Notes: generated by a model not told the origin, from the sequence alone. A stretch of 64,000 nt of DNA from Gammaproteobacteria bacterium (GCA_021773235.1 JAJFKL010000022.1:389-64388), one strand, 5' to 3'; shown: positions 29,868 through 41,217, counted from the stretch's first letter. A program made the numbers and translations.

Positions 29868-30419
29868 ATGAGCAATAATTTAAGCATAAAACTAGTGATC
29901 AATAGTCTCCAGCATAGCCCTCTGGCACTTTTACTCGTGCTTATTTTACTATTTTCGTCCTTTTCAGCAGCAGCAGAATGGAAAATAATCACGCATACAG
30001 ACACAAATAGCGAGACTCAAACTCAAGTTGCTTTTTCTGAGAATAAAGACGGCTATAGTCTCGAAATATATAAAGATAGTGTGGGGGCAATTCGTACACG
30101 ATTCAGCTTGAATACTGCGCTAGACATGTTTGCAAAGCGTACCTGCCCGACCTATCAAATAGACACCCGATTGATTGATAACCGATCAATTAATGATGCG
30201 CCTTGTTTGACTGATATGGTTTGGAGTGAATTTGTATTAGGTTATGTTACTAATTTCAATGTCACCTCAGCAAAACTTAATGCATTAATGAACGGCAGCA
30301 CAGTCACTTTCCGCTTTATGCTCGAAAATGGCAGCTATATGGAGACATCGTTTTCTCTAGCCGGTTCTAAAAGAGCAACTCTCAGCGTCCTCGGTAATAA
30401 CATTACAATTACTCCCTGA
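29868..30419 (+). CDS. Hypothetical secreted protein
   Basis: 183 aa. Signal peptide (ALLLVLILLFSSFSAAAEW). No family recognised. Confidence 0.55.
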   Translation: MSNNLSIKLVINSLQHSPLALLLVLILLFSSFSAAAEWKIITHTDTNSETQTQVAFSENKDGYSLEIYKDSVGAIRTRFSLNTALDMFAKRTCPTYQIDTRLIDNRSINDAPCLTDMVWSEFVLGYVTNFNVTSAKLNALMNGSTVTFRFMLENGSYMETSFSLAGSKRATLSVLGNNITITP

Positions 30420-30432
30420 GTCATTTTTACAG

Positions 30433-31566
30433 ATGTTCAATTGGCGTGTCGTCGACGACCTTGGCACTATCACCCCTGCTCAATGGCAAGGTTTAGATAC
30501 TCAGGATAATCCATTTCTCTCGTACGCCTTTTTATCGGGACTTGAAAAATTTGATTGTTTAAAGCATCAGAACTGGCAACCCTGCCATATCGTCATAGAA
30601 GAAAACAACGAACTACTTGGGTTTATGCCCTTATATATCAAGGAAGATTCATTTGGAGAGTTTGTCTTTGATTGGGCTTGGGCCGATGCCTATCATCAAG
30701 CCGGCAGAAACTACTATCCTAAACTCGTATCTGCAATTCCGTTTACACCTGTTGGTGGCAAAAGGTTATTAATCAATAAATCACATGATAGTGGTGCAAT
30801 TAAACAAGCACTATTAAACGCAGCATTATCCTTGATGGATGAAAAGCTTTATTCATCTTTGCATATCCTCTTCCCAGAGAAAGGTGATCTGGGCGTATTA
30901 ACAGATAGTGCAGGATTAAAACGGATTACCATTCAGTATCACTGGCTTAATAAAGGCTATCGAGATTTTCAGGATTTCACTGAATCTTTAACATCAAAAA
31001 AACGCAAAAAAATAATTAAAGAACGTCGTGATATTAAAAAATCTGGGGTTGAAATTGAACGTTTAAACGGCGCTGAGATTAGCAGTGAGCAATGGAACAC
31101 TTTTTATCAGTTTTACTGCCGGACATTTTACAGCAAAGGCGGTGAACCACGTCTAACTCTGGATTTTTTTAAGTCTCTCGGTAAGGTATTACCCGATCAA
31201 ACCTTACTCGTAATGGCTAAAACGGGTGAAGACTATATTGCCGGTGCATTTGCCATGTCTGATCAAAATACACTCTATGGTCGCCATTGGGGCTGCAACC
31301 AGTACCTGCCTAATTTGCATTTTGAACTATGCTATTATCAGACAATAGAATATACGATAGAAAGACAATTAGAACGTCTTGACGCAGGGGTACAGGGAGA
31401 ACATAAGTTAGCTCGCGGTTTCCATCCGGTTGCTATGCCCTCTGCGCATTGGATTAGGGAAGAAGACTTTCGTAATGCAATAGCTAACTATCTCGACAGA
31501 GAGACGACTATGATGCAAGAGCACATTGAAATGTTGGAATCGCATCTGCCGTTCAGGTTGGAATAA
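30433..31566 (+). CDS. FemAB-like GNAT acyltransferase (DUF482 family)
   Basis: 377 aa. NPFLSYAFLSGLE, GEFVFDWAWADAY, YYPKLVSAIPFTPVGG and HFELCYYQ are typical DUF482 motifs. Confidence 0.75.
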   Translation: MFNWRVVDDLGTITPAQWQGLDTQDNPFLSYAFLSGLEKFDCLKHQNWQPCHIVIEENNELLGFMPLYIKEDSFGEFVFDWAWADAYHQAGRNYYPKLVSAIPFTPVGGKRLLINKSHDSGAIKQALLNAALSLMDEKLYSSLHILFPEKGDLGVLTDSAGLKRITIQYHWLNKGYRDFQDFTESLTSKKRKKIIKERRDIKKSGVEIERLNGAEISSEQWNTFYQFYCRTFYSKGGEPRLTLDFFKSLGKVLPDQTLLVMAKTGEDYIAGAFAMSDQNTLYGRHWGCNQYLPNLHFELCYYQTIEYTIERQLERLDAGVQGEHKLARGFHPVAMPSAHWIREEDFRNAIANYLDRETTMMQEHIEMLESHLPFRLE

Positions 31567-31570
31567 CGGT

Positions 31571-32296
31571 ATGACAGTAACTAATTACCAAGAATCTTCA
31601 AACAAACTTTATTGGGTGAAACAAAACCTGTTAGCAACAGGTTTTCCGAATGTTGAAGAAGCACTTCGTGATCCTGATGGTTTGATCGCAATAGGTGGTG
31701 ATTTATCTGAAAAACGCTTACTTGACGCCTACCCTCGTGGTATTTTTCCCTGGTTTAATGAAGGACAACCCATTTTGTGGTGGTCACCAGACCCTAGATG
31801 TATTTTGGAACTTAGTGAATTAAAAATTTCTCGTAGTTTGGCAAAGACCCTGAGTAAGGGCCGATTAAAAGTCACCTTTAACACGGCTTTCATAGACGTG
31901 CTCGAAGGTTGTGCAGCCGCCCGTAGTGGCGTGAGTGACACCTGGATAACAAATGACATCAAACTTGCTTATCTGAATCTGTTTAAATTGGGCTACGCAC
32001 ATTCAGTAGAATGCTGGCACGATGAAAAACTCGTTGGAGGTTTGTATGGCATTGCTATGGGTAAAGTCTTCTTTGGTGAATCCATGTTTAGCCGTGAATC
32101 AGATGCATCTAAGGTTTGTTTGGTACATTTAGTGCATAATCTAGAAGGTATGAATTTTAGAATAATTGACTGTCAGGTACATTCAGGCCACTTACAGACG
32201 CTAGGTGCAAAACCCGTGCAGAGGGCGCTATTTACCAAGATTCTTGACAATTATTGCAGTCATGAAAAAATAGACCGCTGGCAACCCAATATTTGA
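31571..32296 (+). CDS. aat: Leucyl/phenylalanyl-tRNA--protein transferase
   Basis: The ATG at 31571 gives MTVTNYQE. GIFPWFNEGQPILWWSPDPR and GESMFSR motifs. Confidence 0.9.
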   Translation: MTVTNYQESSNKLYWVKQNLLATGFPNVEEALRDPDGLIAIGGDLSEKRLLDAYPRGIFPWFNEGQPILWWSPDPRCILELSELKISRSLAKTLSKGRLKVTFNTAFIDVLEGCAAARSGVSDTWITNDIKLAYLNLFKLGYAHSVECWHDEKLVGGLYGIAMGKVFFGESMFSRESDASKVCLVHLVHNLEGMNFRIIDCQVHSGHLQTLGAKPVQRALFTKILDNYCSHEKIDRWQPNI

Positions 32297-33048
32297 TTCT
32301 CGTGGATGATCAATCACACAAACTCAGATTCTTTATAACTTCACCACACTCCTGTAATTACCTGGATGGTCGTGAAGCAACTAGCGTTTTTGCTGATCCT
32401 TATTTTCCAAAAGACAAAGCACTCTATTCGAGGCTCGTTTCTAGCGGTTTTAGACGTAGTGGTGAACACCTCTACAAACCACACTGCATGAATTGTTCAG
32501 AATGTGTTCCTGTTCGTATTCCTGTCAATGAATTCAAAATGCGGCGCAACCAAAAGAGAACCTGGAAAATCAATCAGGATTTAACCATAGATAAATCCAA
32601 AGCCACATTTCAAGAAGACCATTTTCTACTTTATCAAAAATATCAAACAGAACGTCATCCCAATGGTGGCATGGATAATTCAAGTAGAGACGATTATATA
32701 GAGTTCCTTTTAGCGACCTGGTCAGAGAGTTATTTATATGAATTCCGGCTTGATGATAAGCTCGTTGCCATTTCTGTAGTCGATGAATTAGAAGATGCCT
32801 ATTCCGCCATATATACCTTTTTTGATACCGATTTACAGCAACGTAGCCTGGGCAAGTACGCTATCCTTTCTCTCATTGAACAGTCAAAACTGGATGGGGT
32901 TTCGTCACTTTATTTAGGTTACTGGATTTCATCTTGTGACAAAATGAAATATAAGATCGATTACCAGCCTATAGAATGCCTAATTGGTGAAGAATGGAAG
33001 AAATTCAACACTTTAACGTTTAATGACTTTGCAGTAGCCAAAAATTAG
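32293..33048 (+). CDS. bpt: Arginyl-tRNA--protein transferase family (bacterial Bpt, Asp/Glu leucyltransferase)
   Basis: 251 aa. [32 protein letters not shown] and YLGYWI motifs. The TTG start overlaps the aat stop. An alternative GTG lies at 32302. Confidence 0.9.
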   Translation: MILVDDQSHKLRFFITSPHSCNYLDGREATSVFADPYFPKDKALYSRLVSSGFRRSGEHLYKPHCMNCSECVPVRIPVNEFKMRRNQKRTWKINQDLTIDKSKATFQEDHFLLYQKYQTERHPNGGMDNSSRDDYIEFLLATWSESYLYEFRLDDKLVAISVVDELEDAYSAIYTFFDTDLQQRSLGKYAILSLIEQSKLDGVSSLYLGYWISSCDKMKYKIDYQPIECLIGEEWKKFNTLTFNDFAVAKN

Positions 33049-33083
33049 TGCAGAATTCGCCCTTTTTAAATAACGAGGGCTAT

Positions 33084-33302
33084 ATGGCCAAAGAAGACCA
33101 GATAGAGATGGAAGGTACTGTCGTTGAGACGTTACCAAACACGATGTTCCGAGTAGAGTTGGAAAACGGGCACATAATTACCGCACACATCTCAGGAAAA
33201 ATGCGCAAACATTACATTCGTATCCTAACTGGTGACAAAGTTACCGTTGAGATGACTCCGTATGATTTGAGCAAAGGCCGAATTACCTACAGGGCCAGAT
33301 AG
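33084..33302 (+). CDS. infA: Translation initiation factor IF-1
   Basis: 72 aa: [72 protein letters not shown]. Confidence 0.97.
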   Translation: MAKEDQIEMEGTVVETLPNTMFRVELENGHIITAHISGKMRKHYIRILTGDKVTVEMTPYDLSKGRITYRAR

Positions 33303-33309
33303 TACAATC

Positions 33310-34062
33310 TTATTTTTTCGATCTGGCTAATTCCAGATCAGCAACAGAATCAACTCCTATCCCTGTTTTATCTACTGCAATATCTACATGGATTTTCCCA
33401 CCATTATAAAGAACGCGTAATTGCTCAAGCGCTTCGGCTTGTTCTATTGCGCAGGGCGCTAATTTAGTAAATTCTTGAAGGTATCCTGCTCGATAGGCAT
33501 AAAGACCGATGTGTCGATATGCTTGCTTAGGTAATCCACCTGCTCGATTCAAAGGAATTGGGGAACGGCTGAAATAAATTGCCGTATTGCGCTTATCAAA
33601 GAGAACCTTAACCACATTCGGATCGATAAATTCAGCCGAACTACTTATGGGCTCACATAACGTCGCCATTTGATTATCGAGATTATTATATAAGTTTGAC
33701 GCAACCTGATTAATTAAAGTAATCGGCAAGCCAAATTCATCGCCCTGAAGATTGACGATAATTTCATTGTCATCTAGTTCAAGCTGCTTCACGGCTTCAG
33801 CTATTCTATCCGTACCAGATTCATGTTGATTCGAAGTCATAATCACTGATGCGCCAAATGATTCAGCAGCGTCCGCTATCCTGCGATCATCTGTAGCAAT
33901 AGTAATACTTTTTGCTTGAGTCTGTGTTGCTGTTTCAAACACATGCTGGAGTAATGGTTTACCTTTAATATCTAATAACGGTTTGCCTGGTAATCGAGTC
34001 GAAGCGTATCGGGCAGGAATAACAATACTGAAAGACGCTGCCCCTGACATTGAGTCTGGCAC
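33310..34062 (-). CDS. kdsB: 3-deoxy-manno-octulosonate cytidylyltransferase
   Basis: 250 aa. IPARYASTRLPGKPL, NLQGDE and conserved lpxK-ycaR-kdsB synteny. Confidence 0.95.
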   Translation of the reverse strand: MPDSMSGAASFSIVIPARYASTRLPGKPLLDIKGKPLLQHVFETATQTQAKSITIATDDRRIADAAESFGASVIMTSNQHESGTDRIAEAVKQLELDDNEIIVNLQGDEFGLPITLINQVASNLYNNLDNQMATLCEPISSSAEFIDPNVVKVLFDKRNTAIYFSRSPIPLNRAGGLPKQAYRHIGLYAYRAGYLQEFTKLAPCAIEQAEALEQLRVLYNGGKIHVDIAVDKTGIGVDSVADLELARSKK

Positions 34063-34253
34063 TACTTCAATTTTTCCACTTCTTCGTCGCTAACCGACCT
34101 TGCTTCATCTTCCAACATAACCGGTATTCCATCACGTATGGGATAGGCAAGACGTGCAGATTTAGAAATCAATTCCTGGTTTTCTTTATCATAATGCAAC
34201 GGCCCTTTTGTTACCGGGCAAACAAGAATCTCAAGTAGTTTTTTGTCCATCAA
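34062..34253 (-). CDS. ycaR: Trm112/YcaR-family small protein
   Basis: 63 aa. [14 protein letters not shown]...GIPVML. Confidence 0.85.
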   Translation of the reverse strand: MMDKKLLEILVCPVTKGPLHYDKENQELISKSARLAYPIRDGIPVMLEDEARSVSDEEVEKLK

Positions 34254-35235
34254 TAATATCCTTCATTAAGGCTTCAAGCCGGTAAGTAAATGAATCTGGT
34301 AGTGTCGCCGAGATCGGCAAATACCAATGATTTTTTGTAGCGAAGTCACTACATTTTACAGCATCTTTCTCAGTCATAACCACTGGCAGTCCATCATCAA
34401 AATTAACATCCTCTTTTGTAAAAGCATAATGGTCAGGAAATTCGTGATTGATAATATGTAATTTGTTATTACGCAAATATGAATAATATCGATCTGGATT
34501 TCCAATACCCGATATTGCATGCACGCTCTGACCATTCAAACTCGATATGGGGATAGTGTTCTCAGGGTCTAATAACGACACCAGATCTCCATAAATGTAT
34601 TCCATCTTGTATTCATGGCGGCCAGCAATGTATTTACTGACAACTAAATCAACGCTGCTCAATCGACTTATTGGTTCGCGCAACGGACCTGCGGGCAAGC
34701 ATCTTCCATTGCCAAAGCGGCGTTGACCATCAATGACCGCAATTTCAATATCTCTACCAAGGGAATAGTGTTGCATACCGTCATCACAGAGAATCAGATC
34801 GCAATCACAATGTTCAATTAATTCCTCTGCAGCTTTCCTCCTTTGCACAGCAATAGCGACAGGACAATGTGTTCTTTTGGCAATCAATACTGGTTCGTCA
34901 CCGACTAAGCCCGGGTTACTATCTGGTCTCACTTGTTGGCTCTTGCCAGAGAGCTTGCCACCATAACCACGACTGATAATTCCGGGATTAAAACCTTTTT
35001 TCTTGAAATAATCAGCAAGCCAAATAACGAGTGGCGTCTTTCCTGTACCACCAACTGAAATATTACCGACAATAATGACAGGCACATCAATTTGATTGAC
35101 GGCAATTAGCCCTGATTGATAACACAGTCGTCGCAATATGATAATCAGGCTATAGAGCCAGCTTAAGGGTAAGAGGACAAAGCCTAGCGGATGTTTGGTA
35201 TACCAAATATTTTCTATAGTTTCTTTCGTCAACAT
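34231..35235 (-). CDS. lpxK: Tetraacyldisaccharide 4'-kinase
   Basis: 334 aa. P-loop [13 protein letters not shown] and SRGYGG. Confidence 0.95.
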   Translation of the reverse strand: MLTKETIENIWYTKHPLGFVLLPLSWLYSLIIILRRLCYQSGLIAVNQIDVPVIIVGNISVGGTGKTPLVIWLADYFKKKGFNPGIISRGYGGKLSGKSQQVRPDSNPGLVGDEPVLIAKRTHCPVAIAVQRRKAAEELIEHCDCDLILCDDGMQHYSLGRDIEIAVIDGQRRFGNGRCLPAGPLREPISRLSSVDLVVSKYIAGRHEYKMEYIYGDLVSLLDPENTIPISSLNGQSVHAISGIGNPDRYYSYLRNNKLHIINHEFPDHYAFTKEDVNFDDGLPVVMTEKDAVKCSDFATKNHWYLPISATLPDSFTYRLEALMKDIIDGQKTT

Positions 35236-35293
35236 AGTTAATTTGATGTTGTCAAAATTGAATTAAACTAAACCACATCACTGAAAAAACCGT

Positions 35294-35713
35294 TTATTCA
35301 TCCTGTAGTTCTTGCGTTGCAAACGTTATCTTCACCAAGCCTAATTGGCGAGCGGCATCCATAACCCTGACAACTGATTGGTGAGTGGCATTTGAATCTG
35401 CACTGATAATAACTGGGGGTTCATTTAGTCCGACCAAGGCATCGGACAAAGCCGCTTTAATCGTCTCAAGCTGGGCATTTACCAGTGATTTATCATTGAT
35501 ATAAACATTTCCCTGCGCATCTAAACCAACATTTACAGCATCAGGTTTTGCTTCGGTCACCTCTTTCGATGAACTCGGTAAGGTGATATTAATTTCCGAA
35601 TTGTGCTCAAACGTAGTCGAGACCATAAAAAATATTAATAATAAAAACACCACATCGATCAATGGAGTTATATCCAAATCGACTTCATCGCGCCTTTCAG
35701 AACGGAAATTCAT
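35294..35713 (-). CDS. exbD: Biopolymer transport protein ExbD/TolR
   Basis: 139 aa. DITPLIDVVFLLLIFFMV. Confidence 0.9.
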   Translation of the reverse strand: MNFRSERRDEVDLDITPLIDVVFLLLIFFMVSTTFEHNSEINITLPSSSKEVTEAKPDAVNVGLDAQGNVYINDKSLVNAQLETIKAALSDALVGLNEPPVIISADSNATHQSVVRVMDAARQLGLVKITFATQELQDE

Positions 35714-36345
35714 TATTTAGGTCCTGCTTCAATTTCGCTTTCACGAATTCCGTGCATGACTTCGACCATTTTTAATGCTTCTTGCTCCATAGTAATGATT
35801 AAACCGTCGATTTTCCCGCGAAAAAACCTATGAAACATCAAACTTGGTATTGCCACAGACAGGCCCGCTGCTGTTGTTATCAAGGCTTCAGAGATACCTT
35901 CAGATAAAATACTAGGATCACCCACTCCCAGAGAAGTAATAACGGTAAATACTTTAATCATGCCGATTACCGTTCCTAATAACCCCAATAACGGGCTTAT
36001 TGAGGCAATTGTTCCCAGTGTATTAAGAAATCGTTCCAAATCATGAGCAACATGGCGACCGGTTTCTTCAATACTTTCCTTCATGATTTCGCGCGAATGA
36101 TTGCGATTGACCAATCCCGCAGCCAGGACCATACCTAAAGGAGAACTGTCCCGTAGATCCTGAATCCGTTTTTTATCAAGATGCCCAACCTTTTGCCATT
36201 GCCAAACTTTGGCAACTAGATTTTTGGGTACAATTTTTAATTCTCTAAGGGACCAAAATCGCTCCCCAATAATGGCCATTGCTATGATTGAACACAATAT
36301 AATCGGCCACATAAGTAACCCACCGGCCTTGATTAATTCAAGCAC
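35713..36345 (-). CDS. exbB: MotA/TolQ/ExbB proton channel protein
   Basis: 210 aa. GLLGTVIGMI...ISEALITTAAGL. Confidence 0.9.
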   Translation of the reverse strand: MLELIKAGGLLMWPIILCSIIAMAIIGERFWSLRELKIVPKNLVAKVWQWQKVGHLDKKRIQDLRDSSPLGMVLAAGLVNRNHSREIMKESIEETGRHVAHDLERFLNTLGTIASISPLLGLLGTVIGMIKVFTVITSLGVGDPSILSEGISEALITTAAGLSVAIPSLMFHRFFRGKIDGLIITMEQEALKMVEVMHGIRESEIEAGPK

Positions 36346-36411
36346 GTTATCTCACTCCAAATTTTTATTATTAATTGCGAACTCGTTTAGAAGAATCTGC
36401 ATGGTAACATC

Positions 36412-38694
36412 TCAATGATGCCAGAAACGCCGATTTTTTGATCTAAATTGTTCAATTACCAAGCCCGCGGCACTAAATTTCATAGAAATCTCGCCAGTCA
36501 TAAAAGTTATCAACGTTTCAACCCCATGGGCTTCATAGCGAGACATTATATCCTGTTTCGGGAAACCAAATCGATTCCTATATCCAGCCGAAATTACCGC
36601 ATATTCAGGCGCTATCGTAGCGATGAATTCATTACTCGACGAGGTTTTGCTACCATGATGAGGCGCCAACAATATATCAACTTTGATTTGTTCAGGCATG
36701 TTATTTATGAGACTTTTCTCAGCCGCTTGCTCGATATCACCCGTTAAAAGCACCGAACCATGCTGTGATGATACTTTGAGAACACATGATGCATTATTTC
36801 CAGTAAAACCACTTCCTATAGACGGATGCAGCACTTCAAATTCAACACCATCCCATAGCCATTTTTGTCCTGCATGACAATGTTCATCTGTACTGATTGA
36901 TATTTTTTTTGGAACACTGCTCAACACCCTATCGATTTTGAATTGTTCTATAATGCTATTTGCTCCGCCGATATGATCATTATCTCCATGACTGATCATT
37001 AACAGTGATAATTCTGTGACCCCCTGGTTTCGAAGATACGGTTTTATGACTGCATCACCAATATTGAAGCGCTCTGAAAACCTAGCACCAGCATCATAAA
37101 CAAGCGTGTTTTGTCTTGTTTGTATAACCGCTGAGAGTCCCTGCCCTACATCTAATAGACTAAAATCAAATTCGCCCTGATTTAAATTGCTCGCTATTGG
37201 AAATAGCAGTGGCAATAAAAATACTAGTCCAAGCCATCTACCCGGCAGCCCTTTAGGCATCAATAAAATCAAAATTCCAATGATTGCTATTATTAGTGAA
37301 ACCTTATTAGTACTTGCAACAGGAATGATTGCACTATGTTGTTGTGACAAAAGATCAAGGAACGACCATTGAAGATTACTTATCCTGTCAACAAGACCAT
37401 AAATAAATTCTGCGGCACGAGGAAATGGTAATAACAGGATCATCGCCAACAACACTAAAGGAACGATAATAAAACCAATGGTGGGAATAGCGATCAAATT
37501 AGCGAAAATGCTGTATAGCGGAAACTGTTTAAACCAGAATATTAAAAACGGAGATAAGGCAAAACTAAGCAAACATTGTAATTGTAACCAGCGACGCAAC
37601 CGACTCTGATTACTATACCTATATCGCGTTATATACAGTATTAATATTACTGCTGTAAACGAAAGCCAAAAGTCAGCTGCCAATATTGAAAATGGATCTA
37701 GCAACAATATCAAAACAACCGCAACACAAACGACATTAGATACCAGCAACCTCCTTGACGACAATAACCCTAGCAAAAAGACTGCAATCATAATTAATGC
37801 ACGTTGCGTAGGCAGTGAAAAACCGGCCAGAGCTGCATAAATAAATGCACCCACAAAGGCTAGTGCTGAAGCAATTATCGGTGCTGGAATGGCTTGTGTA
37901 GCAAAATAAAACTGACGCCAGATTGTTTTTGATAAAAAATAAATTAGGCCGGCTATTAATCCCAGATGCAAACCAGATATTGCAATCAAATGATTTGTGC
38001 CAGTATGTGTTAATACCTGCCATTGATTAGTATAGAGTTGACTACGGTCGCCTAGGCTTAACGCCAAAACTAATCCAAGCAATGGTTTATCTATCTTGTT
38101 TTTAATTTCTTGAGATAATTTGTAACGTAATCTTTGTATTAAGTACCCATTACTTTCCTTCAACTTTTGATTCGTTTTGCTTTCTTTTACATAGCCTGTC
38201 GCCTTTATTCCTTGTCTCATCATCCATGTTTCGTAATCGAAACCACCTGGATTCATAAAACTATAAGGACGTTTTAATTTTGCAATTAACAACCATGTTT
38301 CACCTGGCGCGGGTACTACTTTGGTTTTATACCAGTTTAAGCGGATTATGCCTGGCGATTTAAAATGGTGTTGCTGATTATCGACAACATCATTCACATC
38401 AAACAAAAACTGAACATGGTCATCATAAATTACGGGTAATGAACTCACGGTACCCATTAGTTGGACTGTCCTACTCTCGATATCAGGATGGAGCGGATGA
38501 CTGACATCAGCTCCTATACGTAATAAAGCCCAGCTAAAACCAAGGCAAAATATCAAAATCAATCTAAATACAGAGAAATATCGAATCAGGAGAAATAATA
38601 AGGGTAAAATAAGAAGAACCCATAAACTGGGCATAGTTGAAAATTGCAACAGGCAATAAATACCTGCGGCAAATGCAAGCGTCCATGCAAGCAT
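36412..38694 (-). CDS. comEC: DNA internalization-related competence protein ComEC/Rec2
   Basis: 760 aa. Polytopic competence domain (GTNHLIAISGLHLG) and a C-terminal metallo-beta-lactamase domain (DVGQGLS, SHGDNDHIGG). Confidence 0.9.
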   Translation of the reverse strand: MLAWTLAFAAGIYCLLQFSTMPSLWVLLILPLLFLLIRYFSVFRLILIFCLGFSWALLRIGADVSHPLHPDIESRTVQLMGTVSSLPVIYDDHVQFLFDVNDVVDNQQHHFKSPGIIRLNWYKTKVVPAPGETWLLIAKLKRPYSFMNPGGFDYETWMMRQGIKATGYVKESKTNQKLKESNGYLIQRLRYKLSQEIKNKIDKPLLGLVLALSLGDRSQLYTNQWQVLTHTGTNHLIAISGLHLGLIAGLIYFLSKTIWRQFYFATQAIPAPIIASALAFVGAFIYAALAGFSLPTQRALIMIAVFLLGLLSSRRLLVSNVVCVAVVLILLLDPFSILAADFWLSFTAVILILYITRYRYSNQSRLRRWLQLQCLLSFALSPFLIFWFKQFPLYSIFANLIAIPTIGFIIVPLVLLAMILLLPFPRAAEFIYGLVDRISNLQWSFLDLLSQQHSAIIPVASTNKVSLIIAIIGILILLMPKGLPGRWLGLVFLLPLLFPIASNLNQGEFDFSLLDVGQGLSAVIQTRQNTLVYDAGARFSERFNIGDAVIKPYLRNQGVTELSLLMISHGDNDHIGGANSIIEQFKIDRVLSSVPKKISISTDEHCHAGQKWLWDGVEFEVLHPSIGSGFTGNNASCVLKVSSQHGSVLLTGDIEQAAEKSLINNMPEQIKVDILLAPHHGSKTSSSNEFIATIAPEYAVISAGYRNRFGFPKQDIMSRYEAHGVETLITFMTGEISMKFSAAGLVIEQFRSKNRRFWHH

Positions 38695-38770
38695 AAATAT
38701 TAACTCCCTGTAATAATTATTGGGCTATAATAGCGCGCTTTTTTTGAGCAATACAAAATATTAAGAATAA

Positions 38771-39289
38771 ATGAGCTTACGGAATTTTTTTAAACGCTAT
38801 CTGCCACAGAAGGAGCACATCCACAAGCATGGGGGAATGCATCTATTTTCTGATTATCTGCATGACCCTAATATCTGGCATCTACATCGTCGTTCATCTG
38901 CGGGTGGCGCTGCTATTGGAATGTTTTGCGCGTTTATTCCTTTACCAATCCAAACAATAGTCTCTGCTGCATTTGCAATTCTATTCAGGGTTAATCTGCC
39001 TATGGCGGTCGTTTTCTCTTTATTCAGCAACCCAATCACTATCCCACCACTATTTTTCTTCGCTTATCAATTAGGCGCCATGCTATTGGGTTTAGAAGAG
39101 AAACATGTCGAGTTTTCTTTTTCATGGGAATGGATTAGCACAACACTAATACCTATATGGGAACCACTGGCACTCGGTTGTTTTATTTTGGGAGCAATAA
39201 GCTCACTACTGACTTACTTCATTATTCGATTGGTCTGGCGAATAAGCGCAGTTAATAAATGGGAAAACAGACGTCGAACAAAAGAGTAA
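38771..39289 (+). CDS. DUF2062 membrane protein
   Basis: 172 aa. HDPNIWHLHRRSSAGGAAIGMFCAFIPLPIQ...NPITIPP. Confidence 0.7.
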   Translation: MSLRNFFKRYLPQKEHIHKHGGMHLFSDYLHDPNIWHLHRRSSAGGAAIGMFCAFIPLPIQTIVSAAFAILFRVNLPMAVVFSLFSNPITIPPLFFFAYQLGAMLLGLEEKHVEFSFSWEWISTTLIPIWEPLALGCFILGAISSLLTYFIIRLVWRISAVNKWENRRRTKE

Positions 39290-39302
39290 ATAAAAAAGCT
39301 TA

Positions 39303-39980
39303 CTAAACTTGCAGGATCCCTTCTTTTAATTCTAAAACTCGATCCACACGCCGTGAAAGCTCCATGTTATGAGTAACCATAATCAAGCTCGTACCTAGGC
39401 TTTGATTTAATTCCAGGATTAATTCAAAAACTTGATCTGCTGTTTTTTCATCTAGATTACCCGTTGGCTCATCCGCCAATATACAAGCAGGCTCGGTGAC
39501 TAATGCCCTTGCAATTGCTGCGCGCTGTCGTTCTCCACCGGATAATTCACCTGGTTTGTGTTGTACGCGTTCAGATAGACCAACTTTGTTCAACAAATCT
39601 GCAGCTTTATCTAAAGCTTCATTTTTATTGCCTCGCCTGATTAAAAGCGGCATAGCTACATTTTCAAGTGCAGTAAACTCAGGCAAGAGATGATGGAATT
39701 GATAAACAAAACCAAGATGTTTGTTACGCAGATCACCTCGCTGCTCATCATTTAGTTTTCCCATATCCTTACTATTTATAAGAACTTCTCCTTTGTCAGG
39801 GGTATCAAGACCACCCAACAAATGAAGCAAGGTACTTTTACCAGAACCTGAAGTTCCAATAATCGCAACACTCTGATTTGACTTAATACTGAAATCGACA
39901 CCTTTCAATACTTCAACGCGGAGCTCACCATCATTAAAACATTTAGTGAGTTGTCGTGTTTCGATAAGAGCATCACTCAT
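39303..39980 (-). CDS. lolD: Lipoprotein-releasing system ATP-binding protein LolD
   Basis: The ATG at 39980 gives [11 protein letters not shown] and overlaps the permease stop. Walker [10 protein letters not shown], signature LSGGERQR and Walker [12 protein letters not shown]. Confidence 0.9.
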   Translation of the reverse strand: MSDALIETRQLTKCFNDGELRVEVLKGVDFSIKSNQSVAIIGTSGSGKSTLLHLLGGLDTPDKGEVLINSKDMGKLNDEQRGDLRNKHLGFVYQFHHLLPEFTALENVAMPLLIRRGNKNEALDKAADLLNKVGLSERVQHKPGELSGGERQRAAIARALVTEPACILADEPTGNLDEKTADQVFELILELNQSLGTSLIMVTHNMELSRRVDRVLELKEGILQV

Positions 39981-41217
39981 AACGTAATGCCTCCGCAGGC
40001 TGTGTCTTCGCTGCACGTAACGCAGGATAAATCGTAGCTAATAAACAAAGCACAAACGCTACAATGCTAATAGTAATAACATCATTCCAATGCATATCTG
40101 AGGGAAGATCGCTGATATAATATACATCTGCAGACAAGAATTTTTGACCTATCATTGACTCTATGGCTGGCACGATTGTCTCTACATTTGTAGCTAACCA
40201 GACACCACCGATGACGCCCATGGCAATTCCGAAAACGCCAATAATAGTTCCTTGAATCATAAATATCTTTAATATGCTTCCAGGACTGGCGCCTAGTGTT
40301 CGCAACACCGCAATGTCGGCTTGTTTATCAGAGACCATCATCACCAAGGTTGAGATTATATTAAATGCTGCAACAGCAACTATCAGCAGCAATATAACAA
40401 ACATAACTGTTTTTTCAGTTTTTAATGCGCGGAAAAAATTAGCATGTCGCTGTGTCCAGTCAACTACCCAATACCTGCCGGGTAATTGAGCAACAATCTC
40501 ACGACTAATTATTGGTGCTTTTAGAATATTGTTTGTTTTCAAGCGCAGTCCTGTAGGTCCGGTTTTTCGAAACAAACGAAAGGCATCTTCCATGTGGATC
40601 AAAGCCAAGGCACTATCAAATTCATGCATGCCAACTTCAAATATACCTACCAAGGTAAATCGTTTAAGTCTTGGTAAAATACCTGCAGGTGTGACATTGG
40701 CCTGTGGCGCAACCAGTGTCACTTTATCGCCAATCGATACACGTAATTTTCGTGCAAGCTCTTTTCCCAATACAATATTAAAATCACCGGCTCTAAGTTC
40801 ATTAAAATCACCATGAATCATGGTTTCTGTAACTGTCGAAACTTTAGGTTCTTCGGCGGGCAAGATACCTCTGATAATCGTGCCATTGACGCTTTTGTCT
40901 TTGACTAACATGCCTTCGGCATGGAAATAAGGCGCAACACCAAGAATATCCGGATGATGCATAACCTCTTCTGCTATTGGTTGCCAATCATTCAAAACAT
41001 TACCGTCTTCAATGACAGTGGCATGTGAAGCCATACCTAAAATACGTTCTTTTAATTCTTTCTCGAAGCCATTCATTACTGATAGAACCGTAATCAATGC
41101 CATTACACCTAAAGCAACACCAAGCATAGAGGTTAAGGAGATAAAGGAAATAAAATGATTGCGGCGACGTGCACGGACATATCGCAAGCCAATCAATGCT
41201 TCAAATGAATTCAACAT
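39973..41217 (-). CDS. Lipoprotein-releasing system transmembrane permease (LolC/LolE/LolF type)
   Basis: 414 aa. [23 protein letters not shown], MacB-like periplasmic domain and FtsX C-terminus. It is the only permease gene adjacent to lolD. Confidence 0.85.
   Translation of the reverse strand: MLNSFEALIGLRYVRARRRNHFISFISLTSMLGVALGVMALITVLSVMNGFEKELKERILGMASHATVIEDGNVLNDWQPIAEEVMHHPDILGVAPYFHAEGMLVKDKSVNGTIIRGILPAEEPKVSTVTETMIHGDFNELRAGDFNIVLGKELARKLRVSIGDKVTLVAPQANVTPAGILPRLKRFTLVGIFEVGMHEFDSALALIHMEDAFRLFRKTGPTGLRLKTNNILKAPIISREIVAQLPGRYWVVDWTQRHANFFRALKTEKTVMFVILLLIVAVAAFNIISTLVMMVSDKQADIAVLRTLGASPGSILKIFMIQGTIIGVFGIAMGVIGGVWLATNVETIVPAIESMIGQKFLSADVYYISDLPSDMHWNDVITISIVAFVLCLLATIYPALRAAKTQPAEALRYE

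Noticed and set aside
34050-34238. 62 aa plus-strand ORF.
   Set aside because: It is antisense to the conserved Trm112/YcaR gene.
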